Of a DNA stretch of 64,000 bases, positions 41,761-51,217 are shown piece after piece. A model generated the notes under the pieces. It saw only the letters and a list, made by a program, of their open reading frames with translations. It did no database searches and was not told the DNA's origin. Made by a program: the position numbers and the translations under genes. Location: contig CAVYSY010000024.1 in NCBI GenBank assembly GCA_963771175.1, positions 32,001 through 96,000 of the forward strand, given 5' to 3'. This stretch comes from an uncultured delta proteobacterium (GTDB taxonomy: Bacteria > Myxococcota > Myxococcia > Myxococcales > Myxococcaceae). The stretch's first letter is position 1; each line of letters begins with the position of its first letter.

Positions 41761-43269
41761 TCAGCGACCTTGACCGGAGGATGTCGGCATCGTCCAGGCC
41801 CGATGTTCGGAGGCGCCTCCCGGGCGCGTCCACACCCACTCCCACCGCTCGGAGGCCCCACCGCGGCCGGCCGACGGGTGCGACCCGGCCCACTGCTCGG
41901 AGGCGCCGCCCGGCCTGCCCAACCCGGCCCACTGCTCCGAGGCACCGCCCGGCCTGCCCAATCCGGCCCACTGCTCCGAGGAGCCGCTGGGGCGGGGAAT
42001 ATCCCAGTACGGCTGCTCGGACGAGCCCTCGCCTGGAGCGGCTCCGCCGAGGCGCTCACGCTGACTCTCGGGGATGTCCTCGAACCCCCCACTGCCCGGC
42101 AGGGGCACGCGGCGCCAGGTGATGTACTCGCGCTCCTCGACGTCCGCGGTGCGGGTGGGCGCGGTGGCGGCCTGCGCCTCCATGGTGATGGCGCGGGTGA
42201 CGGGCGGCATGCGCAGGAAGCGCACCGAGGTGTCCGAGGACGGGCCCAGCGGCGGCAGGAAGACGCGGTTGGAGGAGTGGCCGATCCGGCGCGAGCGGCC
42301 GCTGCCGCCGACGAAGTGGATCTCCACCCGGTAGGGGTGGCCGGGCGTCATCCCGTGGACGTAGTAGCTGCGCGACTCGAGCGCGACGTCGATTACCCGC
42401 AGCAGCGTGTCGCCATCATCATAGACGCGCAGCACGGCGCGCGGCGACTCCAGTCCGGCCAGGGCGCGCTCGCGAGCGGCCTCGCTGAAGTCCCAGAGCA
42501 CGAAGAGGGTGTGCGGATCGCGCGGCAGCAGCAGGACCGTGTCGTCCGCGTAGTCCATCGGCAGCTCGCCGAGGTTCTCCGCGTAGTCCGGCGCGCCGAG
42601 CGCCTCGCGGGGCTGGCGGCGCTGCGACTCGGTGAGGTGGTGGCGGAAGGCCTCCTGCTCGCCCGCCACGCGCGCCACGAAGAAGCCCTCCACCAGCGGC
42701 TCCGCGGCGTGCTGGGCCACGTGGGAGGGCGAGGGGGGCTCGACCGGGGCCGGAGGCATGGTGAGGGTGGGCTCGTCATCGCTCAAGAGCCGGCCCGGCC
42801 TGGGCTTGGGCGGGAAGGTGACCACCTCGGCGGGCCGGGGCGGGTGACGCACGGGCGTCTTCTCTTCATCTTCCTCGGGCAGGGGCCGCTCCGGGGCGAC
42901 GGGCTGCTGCGGACGGTCCTCGGGCTTCTCGGTGCGCGAGGCCGCGGAGATGGCCACCGGGGCCTTGCGCGTCCCCTTCACCTTCTCCCGGACCGCCTTC
43001 ACCTTCTCCTGGACCTTCTTCTGGGCCGAGCTGGCCTTCTTCTCCGGCTTCGGAGCCTCGGTCCTCGCCGCCTTTGCGGTTTTGGCGGCCTTCGAGGGCT
43101 TCGCGGCCTTCGGCGCCGTCTCGCCCGCGAGCTTCCCGAGCCCGGGCACCAGCTTGGCGAGTGCCGAGAGGAGGTCTTCCTTGGTCTTGAACTTGCTGTG
43201 CCCGCGCCCCAGATGCTTGCGCGCGAGTTCCCGCAGGTACTCCACCGTGACGCTCTTGAGGTCGGCCAT
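41761..43269 (-). CDS. DUF4912 domain protein with C-terminal GASEQW repeats
   Basis: Rho-N-like start (TVEYLRELARK); LPMDY..LLPRDP..L...WD; SN.V..P. Confidence 0.8.
   Translation of the reverse strand: MADLKSVTVEYLRELARKHLGRGHSKFKTKEDLLSALAKLVPGLGKLAGETAPKAAKPSKAAKTAKAARTEAPKPEKKASSAQKKVQEKVKAVREKVKGTRKAPVAISAASRTEKPEDRPQQPVAPERPLPEEDEEKTPVRHPPRPAEVVTFPPKPRPGRLLSDDEPTLTMPPAPVEPPSPSHVAQHAAEPLVEGFFVARVAGEQEAFRHHLTESQRRQPREALGAPDYAENLGELPMDYADDTVLLLPRDPHTLFVLWDFSEAARERALAGLESPRAVLRVYDDGDTLLRVIDVALESRSYYVHGMTPGHPYRVEIHFVGGSGRSRRIGHSSNRVFLPPLGPSSDTSVRFLRMPPVTRAITMEAQAATAPTRTADVEEREYITWRRVPLPGSGGFEDIPESQRERLGGAAPGEGSSEQPYWDIPRPSGSSEQWAGLGRPGGASEQWAGLGRPGGASEQWAGSHPSAGRGGASERWEWVWTRPGGASEHRAWTMPTSSGQGR
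41803..42027 (-). repeat. Coding tandem repeats G(A/S)SE(Q/R/H)..W, including a ~39-bp unit
   Basis: ccggcccactgctc(g/c)gagg occurs three times at ~41885-41981; six GxSE motifs in the protein. Confidence 0.85.
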
Positions 43270-43402
43270 AGGCAGGAAGGGGCTTAGGTCGACAGGGCCG
43301 GGGGGGTCAACGAGCGATTTCACTTCTGTTCTGGGTCACACCCCACGTGGATGACGGGGGCGGTGACAAGCCGGGAGTCGCCTCTGTATCCTGCGATCCG
43401 TC

Positions 43403-45734
43403 TTGAGCGACCTGCCCAGACTTCTGCTGTGCAGCTTCGACGTCCTCCCCGGCCCGTCAGGATCATCGCGCCGTGTGACGGAGTATTTGAAGGCATTGCC
43501 CGATCGGTTCTCGGTGGTGGTGCTGTCGGTCAAGACGCCCGACCACTCGCACATCGAGAAGTACGAGGGCGCGCGCCTGCTCCGGGTGCCGGTGGGCTCG
43601 GGGGACCTGGCCTCGCGCATCCAGGCCTTCGAGCGCGCCGTGCGGCGCCAGCTCGAGAGCGAGGAGTACGCGCTCGTCCACTTCACCGACCCCTTCGGCG
43701 GCTACGCCCTGTGCGAGCTCAAGGGCGACTACGGCTACCGCCTCATCTATGAGGCCCAGTCCTTCCCCTCCCAGGAGCTGCGCTACACGCACCCGCAGCT
43801 CGAAGGAGACCGGAAGTTCCTCTCCAAGGTCCGGCGCCAGGAGCTGTTCTGCCTGATGAACGCGGACCTGGTCGTCACCGGCTCGCCCACGACGCGCTCC
43901 TTCATCCACTCGCTGGGGGTGAGCCAGGACTCGGTGCGCGTGGTGCGCGCGCCGGTGGACCTGGGGCCCTACGTGCCCGCGGCGCTCGGCTCGCCGGACG
44001 GCACTCCCATGCGGCTGATGTACCTCGGCAGCCAGGTGGCGTGGCAGGGACTGCCCGGGCTGCTGCGGGGACTCGCACTGGCGGTGAAGCAGGTGGATGT
44101 GCGGCTCACCCTCGTGGGCGCCCGCCACCCGGACTGGCAACCACACCTGGAGGACCTCGTCTCCGAGCTGGGCCTCAAGCAGCACGTCGAGTTCCAACCC
44201 CCCGTGAGCCATGACGACGTGGCCAAGGTGCTCACGCTCGCGGACGTGGGGGTGCTGCCGCTCGATGACGTGGACCGCAACCGCGTGCAGGGCGGGGCAC
44301 TCTCCAAGCTGTCCGAGTACCTCGCCGCCGGCCGCCCGGTGCTCGCCGCCGATCTGCCCATGACCCGCGAGCTCGTCCCCGCCTCGGCCGGAGTCTTCTA
44401 CCCGCCGGGAGACACCCAGGCGCTCGCGGATCGCATCATCGAGCTGGCGCGCGACGTGCCTCGGCGGGTCGCCCTCGGGAAGCAGGCGCGTGCCATGGCG
44501 GAGCTGTCGCTCGACGCGGGCCTCATCCGGGGTCAGCTCCTGGACCTCTATGACAGCCTGCTCGGAAAGCGTCCGGTGACGATGGACGCCGCCCCGCCCG
44601 ACCTGGTCCCCCAGGCGACGATGGTGACGGGCACGCCCACCAACCGCATCCTCGCGCTCGCGGGCACGGTGAGCGCGAGCGCGCCGGAGCCCGCTCCGCC
44701 CCCGGCCGAAGAGAAAGAGCCCACGAGCGGGACCGCTCCGGACGCCAGTCCAGCCGAGCCCGAGGCCCCACGCGAGGAGCTGCCGCTCGTCGTGGGACAC
44801 GTCTTCCTGGAAGAGGGCCTCGACACGCGCCTCATCAAGACGGAGCCGGCGGCCTCGCGCTCCGAGGGGCCCCCGGTGGTGATGGGACTGCCCCTGCGCG
44901 AGCCCTCCGCCCCGTCCTTCGATTTCGCCCCGACCGAGCACGATTCACGGCCAGGAGCCCCCCCCGTGGTGATGGGGCAGCCCCTGCGCGAGTCCCCTCC
45001 CGAGGAGAACGCCTTGACCGAGCAGGATTCGCGGCTGCGCGGGCCTCCCGTGGTCATGGGGTCGCCCCTGCGTGAGCCCACCACGCCCCCGTCCCCGAGC
45101 CCGGTTCCTATGAGCCCGGGAGTCAAGCCGCCGCCCCTCGAGAACCGCTCCGCCCCCGAGACCGCGGCACCGCCCCGCCCTCCCGCGCTTCCGCGCGCCC
45201 CCTCCCAGATCCGTGGAGCCGCTCACACCCCGCCCCATGGAGACCCCTCCCCGTCTCCGGACGGCGGAACCGCCCAGCCTGACGGAGAAGGCGCGCCCGT
45301 CGCTGCCCGCCATCCCCACGTTGCCCTCCCAGGCCCATCCGGCCAGTGGCGCGAGGCCCGTGTCCCCTCCCCCGCTGGCTCGCACCTCCGCACCGGTCGA
45401 AGAGCCCGAGGAACTCGCCGAGGCCGAGGCCGAGGAGATTCACGAGGTAGATAGCTCTCCGACACCGCCCCACGCGCACCCACTCTTGGGGGAGCCGGAG
45501 GAGATCAGCAGCGAGGAGATCCAGGAGGCCGACTCCGCGGAAGAGGCACCCAAGGAGCCGCCCGAGTCGAGGCTGAACGCATGGTTCGCCCAACTGGCTC
45601 ACGGGTACTGCCCTCCAGAGGGGACGCAGTTCGCCCGGCACACCCCCCCCACCACCTTCCCCGGACGCGATGAGGAGCCCGGTGTACCCCCTGCCCCGAA
45701 GGCGCAGGGAGCATCCCGTGGCAAACCCTCATAA
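43403..45734 (+). CDS. Glycosyltransferase family 4 with long Pro/Glu-rich C-terminal tail (frameshift ~45212)
   Basis: YLGSQVAWQG, KLSEYLAAGRPV; tail continues in ORF 45213..45734. Confidence 0.82.
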
Positions 45735-45847
45735 TCCGGGACTCGTACAGCAACCAACCGAGCGCGACGCGGAAACTTTCCAAGCCTTGTCGCGCGTGAC
45801 TAGGATGTGCCGGTTTTCATTGCACTTTTCCTGGGTTAAAGGGCTGC

Positions 45848-48800
45848 ATGGAGCGCCGGGTTCTCATCGTCGAAAGCCAGAACGACTTCGCCCTCAGCAT
45901 GGCCACCGTGCTCAAAAGCGCGGGTTATCAAACGGCCATGGCGGCAACCGCCGCCGACGCACAGCGTGAGATGGAGAAGCGCCGACCGGACCTTGTCGTC
46001 GTCCGCGGCCGAGCTGCCGGATCAGTCCGGCTTCACCCTTTGCGGGCAGATCAAGAAGGGAAAGTGGGGTCAGAACCTCAAGGTGCTGCTGCTGTCCTCG
46101 GACACGGGTATCGAGGGGCTCAACCAGCACCGTCAGACGCCAGGAGCCGCGGACGGCTACCTCGTCATCCCCTTCGAGATGGGAGAGCTGCGCCGACATG
46201 AGCCACGGCATCATCCCTCCCGGTGAGGACGAGTTCCTGGCGTCCTCGGGCGACGGTCCGCCGGCCATGCCGCCGCCGCTGCGTGCCGCCCCCGCGGGTG
46301 CTCCGCCGAAGCTGCCCAAGCGCGAGCGCCGCAGCGCCATCACCGACGAGGACCGCACCTTCCTCGAGCGCTCCTTCCAGTCCATCGCGGACCGCAAGGC
46401 CGAGCTGCTCGCCGAGTCCCGCCAGCTCAAGCGTCCGCCCCCGCGGCGCGACCTGATGGGCACGCCCGAGGGCAAGGTCCAGCTCCTCCGCGACGAGCTC
46501 AAGGTGCGCGAGTCGCAGATCGCCCGCATCTCGGAGATCTGGACCGTCCGCGAGCGCGAGCTGCTCTCCGTCGAGGACCGGCTCCACGAGAAGGACGTGG
46601 AGCTCCAGGGCCTGAAGATGCAGGTGGACGATCTGCTGCGGCGCTTCAACGAGGCGCAGCAGTCGATGCTCCAGAAGGAGCGCGAGCACGGCGCCACCGT
46701 CGACGACCTGCTCCTGCAGAAGTTCTCCTGCGAGAAGGACCTCATCGAGGTGGTGGCCTCCAAGGAGAAGGACATCAACGTCCTTCGCCGCGAGGTGTCG
46801 CAACCGCGATGACGAGCTGTCCCGCCGCGCCGCGGAGCTGGAGCACGCCCGCGACGAGTACGACAAGCTCGAGAAGCAGCTCGACATCGTCACGCTCGAG
46901 TTCGAGGTCAAGGAGCAGAAGCTCACCGAGACGGTGCAGGCGCACGAGGCCGAGTTGGCCCGCCGCCACCAGCGCATCGAGGGCCTGGAAGGCGAGCTGG
47001 CCAGCACCATCGGTGAGCGCGACCAGCGCTACGCCGAGCTGAGCGGGGAGATCCAGGCGCTGCAGGAGCGGCTGGCCCAGACCGAGCAGGAGCGCGACAC
47101 CACCGTGCGCGCCCTGGAGGCTCGCGCCACCGCGGCCGAGGAGCACGGCGCCCAGGCGGACGCGGAGATCCAGCGGCTCATCGAGGAGCGCAACGCGCTC
47201 GAGGCGCGGCTCAACGAGCAGATCGCCGACCTGGAGTCGGACCTGACCCGCATGACGGGCGAGCGCGACCAGCTCCAGCAGGACAAGGACGCGCTGGAGA
47301 GCGACCTCACCCAGCGGCTCGAGGAGCGCGACGCCAAGATCGCCGCGCTCGAGCGCGAGCTGCCGGAGACCATCGCTCGCAACGAGCACCAGGAAGCCGA
47401 GCTCAACGCCAACATCCAGCAGCAGATGGAGCGCGTCGGTGAGCTGGAGGGCGAGGTCGAGGCCCTCAAGGCGCACCTGGCCGACCGCGAGGCCGAGCTC
47501 ACGGGCGAACTGGAGGCCATGACCCAGGCTCGCAACGAGCTGGAGGCCGCCAAGGACGCGATGGAGGCCGACCTCAACGGCCAGCTCCAGGCGCTCAACG
47601 AGGCCGTCGCCGACCGCGACACGCAGATCTCCAACCTGCGCGGCGAGCTGGAGGCCACCTCCCAGACGCTCTCCGAGACGCAGAACACGCTCGCGCAGAC
47701 CGAGGAGACCCTCGCCACCACCCGCGGCGAGCTGGAGGCCACCTCCCAGACGCTCTCCGAGACGCAGAACACGCTCTCCGAGACCCAGGCCGTCCTCGCC
47801 GACACGCAGGGCCGTCTCTCCGCCACCGAGGAGACCCTCGCCAGCACCCGTGGCGAGCTGGACGCCACCACCCAGTCGCTCTCCGAGACGCAGGCTGTCC
47901 TCGCCGACACGCAGGGCCGCCTCTCCGCCACCGAGGAGTCGCTGGCCAGCACCCGCGGTGAGCTGGACGCCACGACCCAGACGCTCTCCGTGACGCAGAA
48001 CACGCTGTCCGAGACCCAGGCCACTCTCTCGGATACGCAGGGCCTGCTCACCCAGACCGAGGAGACGCTCGCCAGCACCCGCGGCGAGCTGGACGCCACG
48101 ACCCAGGCGCTCTCCGAGACCCAGGGTCGCCTCGCCCAGACCGAGGAGTCGCTCGCCACGACTCGCGGCGAGCTGGACGCCACCTCCCAGTCGCTCTCCG
48201 AGACCCAGGGCACCCTCACCGATACGCAGGATCGGCTCGCCCAGACCGAGGAGACGCTCGCCACGACTCGCGGCGAGCTGGAGGCCACCTCCCAGTCGTT
48301 CGCGCAGACGCACGAAACCCTCGTCCATACGCAGAGCCAGCTGGCCGAGACGCAGGGAGAGCTCGCCGCCACGCGCGACGCGCTCGCCAACGAGCAGGCC
48401 GCCCACGCGCAGACCCAGCAGCAGGCCACCGCCATCCAGGCGGACCTGGAGGCCCAGCTCGCCCAGTCGCGCGACCAGAGCCAGGAGCTCGAGGAGCAGC
48501 TCTTCCTCACCAAGCAGGAGCTCGGCAGCCGCGTCGCCGAGGTCACCCAGCTCAGCTCGCAGCTCTCCCAGTCCGAGGACGAGCACCACCGGATGGAGGA
48601 GCGCTTCAACACGCTCACCACCGAGTCGCAGCGCCGCATCGAGTTCCTGGAGAAGGACTCGGCCAACAAGAGCCAGGAGCTGTCGGACACGCTCCAGAAG
48701 CTCAGCGTGGTGACGCAGGAGAAGGAGCGTCAGCGCGAGGCCCTCAGCCGCGAGGTCGCCGCCAGGACCGAGCAGCTCAAGCAGCTCGACGCCCGCCGCC

Positions 48801-49813
48801 AGCAGGAGGCGGAGCAGGCGAAGCGTCAGCTCGACGAGCTCACCCGGCAGGGTGCCGCCCTCTCCTCCGAGCTGGACACCGCGCGCAAGCACATCGCCGC
48901 GCGTGAGGAGCAGCTCCGCGTCGCGGGCAACACCCAGGCGAAGCTGCAGTCGGATCGCGAGGGGCTGGCCGCTCAGCTCGCCGAGGTCCAGGCGCAGTTC
49001 CAGGCGCTCCAGCAGGCCCACGCCCACGAGCGCTCCGAGGCGAAGCGCGCGATGGACGAGCTGGCCCAGAAGCTGGCCCGCTCCGAGGCCCGTGTCGCCC
49101 AGGTCACCCAGGAGGGCCAGGCTCGCGTCTCCGAGGCCGACACGAAGCTCAAGGAGGTCCAGGCCCAGCTCACCGCCCGGGCGAAGAAGATCCAGGAGCT
49201 CGAGCTGGCGGTGGAGAACGCCGCGGGCACCAAGAGCCGCCTGGAGAAGGAGCTCAACGCCAAGGTGGCCGCGGCCGAGGCCAAGATCCACGAGGCCGCC
49301 ACGAGGCTCGCCGCCGCCCTCAAGGAGCGCAAGGAGCAGGAGGCCCGGCAGCAGAAGGAGCTCGAGGAGCTGGCCGCCCGTCAGAAGGCGGAGCTGGAGC
49401 GCCGCGACGCCCTGAAGGCCCAGGAGATCGCCCGCCTGCAGCAGTCCGTGCAGGAGAAGAGCAAGGCGCTCAAGGTCGCCGAGCTGGAGCTGGCCCGCTA
49501 CAAGACCAAGGCCCCCGCCTCGCCCAGCACCCCCGCCGCGAAGGCGTCCGCCAAGGCCGCCCCGGTGGAGGACGAGAACCTCAACACCACGCAGGTCAAC
49601 ACCATCGCGCCCGCCGCGCCGGCTCCAGGCCGTGCGGCTCCTCGTGCGGCCGCGAAGAACACCGTGGCCAAGAAGCCCGCTGCGGCTCCTCCGCCAGTCA
49701 TGGAGGAGGAGGAGGAGGCTCCCGAGCGCACCGTGGTCATGCAGATCCCCACGGCTCCGGGTGGCGCCGACGAGAGCGACTGGACGTCGCTCGTCGACGA
49801 GCTGGACAAGTAG
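45848..49813 (+). CDS. aglZ: Adventurous gliding motility protein AglZ (pseudo-receiver + long coiled coil; indels ~46005, ~46190, ~46805)
   Basis: MERRVLIVESQNDFALSMA receiver-like start; very long coiled coil; ends DWTSLVDELDK. Confidence 0.88.
47639..48373 (+). repeat. 35 tandem heptads (21-bp units), nearly all xxxLxxT, in aglZ
   Basis: RGEL(E/D)AT-initiated blocks of 4, 6, 5, 6, 4, 5 and 5 heptads. Confidence 0.92.
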
Positions 49814-49836
49814 CGGTCCACCGGCACGCGCCGCGA

Positions 49837-50055
49837 CTAGAGCGCGGCGCGTGCCTGACGAACCAGGTCCCGGATTTCCACGGTGGCGATCACCGACCGG
49901 ATGGACACCGGAGTCCCCTGGGTATGGGACTGGAGCCGGGCCATCTGCCAGCGCTCCCGGATGGTCCGTGTGGCGATGTAGGCCACCAGCAGCACGAAGG
50001 CCCCGGGCACCAGGGCCACCGTCACCACCAGCATCATCCGCCACAACCAGGACAT
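49837..50055 (-). CDS. Small single-pass membrane protein (72 aa)
   Basis: MSWLWRMMLVVTVALVPGAFVLLVAY hydrophobic segment; GGAGG RBS. Confidence 0.65.
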   Translation of the reverse strand: MSWLWRMMLVVTVALVPGAFVLLVAYIATRTIRERWQMARLQSHTQGTPVSIRSVIATVEIRDLVRQARAAL

Positions 50056-50241
50056 GACCGCCGCCTCCAGAAACAGAGCGGGGCCTCTTAATGCACGTCG
50101 TGTGCCCACGGCGTGGAAATAATTTCGCGAGTTGTTCCGGCCACTTGGAGGGAGAGCAGCCGGCTCGGGTGTGGGGGAAGGGCCACGGGTCTGGCATTTT
50201 TGCCGCAGTGGCCTGAAAAACCTTCGGTTAAGTTCAAAGGC

Positions 50242-51183
50242 GTGACCACCGCCTCCCCTTCGACTGAATCGCGCCCCCTGGCCAGCGTGGACGATGCGCA
50301 GACGCGCCTGGAGCAGGTGGGCTACCTGCCCTCCCCGGAGATCGCCACGGCGAGCTTCCTGGCGGATCGGATGGACAAGCCCATCCTGGTGGAGGGCCCG
50401 GCGGGGGTGGGCAAGACGGAGCTGGCCAAGGCGCTGGCGCAGTCGCTCGGGCGCGAGTTCATCCGCCTGCAGTGCTACGAGGGCCTGGACGAGGCCAAGG
50501 CGCTCTACGAGTGGGAGTACGCCAAGCAGCTCCTCTACACCCAGCTCCTGAAGGACAAGATCGGCGAGATGGTGCAGGGCACGGGGACGCTGGTCGAGGC
50601 GGCGGACCGGCTGGCGACGAGCGACGCGGTGTTCTTCTCGGAGCGCTTCCTGCTGCCGAGGCCGGTGCTGCGCTCGCTGCTCTCGGACCGGCCCGCGCTG
50701 CTGCTGGTGGATGAGATCGACAAGGCGGATCCCGAGTTCGAGGCCTTCCTGCTGGAGGTGCTGTCGGACTACGCGGTGACGATTCCGGAGCTGGGGACGT
50801 TCAAGGCGAAGCACATCCCGCGGGTGGTGCTGACGTCGAACAACGCCCGGGAGCTGTCGGACGCGCTGAAGCGGCGGTGCCTGCACCTGCACATCGACTT
50901 CCCGGACCGGGAGCGGGAGCTGCGGATCATCCGGAAGCGGCTGCCGGAGGTGTCGAGCACGCTGGCGGAGCAGGTGGTGGAGGCGGTGGCGGCGATCCGG
51001 AAGCTGGACCTGAAGAAGGCGCCGTCGATCAGCGAGACGCTGGACTGGGTGCAGAGCCTCGCGCTGCTCAACGCGGAGTCGCTGACGGCGGACCTGGTGG
51101 CGGCAACGTTGAACCTGGTGCTGAAACACGAGGGTGACATCGAGAAGGCGAGGAGCAACCTCGCGCAGATCGCGCAGGCCTGA
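50242..51183 (+). CDS. MoxR/CoxD-type AAA+ ATPase
   Basis: EGPAGVGKT, IRLQCYEGLD, LVDEIDKAD.EFEAFLLE, DALKRRC. Confidence 0.9.
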   Translation: MTTASPSTESRPLASVDDAQTRLEQVGYLPSPEIATASFLADRMDKPILVEGPAGVGKTELAKALAQSLGREFIRLQCYEGLDEAKALYEWEYAKQLLYTQLLKDKIGEMVQGTGTLVEAADRLATSDAVFFSERFLLPRPVLRSLLSDRPALLLVDEIDKADPEFEAFLLEVLSDYAVTIPELGTFKAKHIPRVVLTSNNARELSDALKRRCLHLHIDFPDRERELRIIRKRLPEVSSTLAEQVVEAVAAIRKLDLKKAPSISETLDWVQSLALLNAESLTADLVAATLNLVLKHEGDIEKARSNLAQIAQA

Positions 51184-51217
51184 GCCCCCTCCCCACTCTC
51201 CTCGCCATGGGCCCGAG

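Noticed and set aside
41885..41981. Short spaced repeats as a mini-CRISPR
   Set aside because: Spacers are themselves repeated, the unit is a multiple of 3 inside a CDS, and no cas genes are present
39847..43287. 1146-aa plus-strand ORF
   Set aside because: Antisense shadow of the GH57 and DUF4912 genes
45990..46820. Programmed frameshifting in aglZ or other split genes
   Set aside because: No slippery heptamer seen at the shift sites, and indels are widespread across unrelated genes
46775..50197. 1140-aa minus-strand ORF, and the aglZ repeats as a CRISPR array
   Set aside because: Antisense to aglZ; the repeats are in-frame heptads without unique spacers
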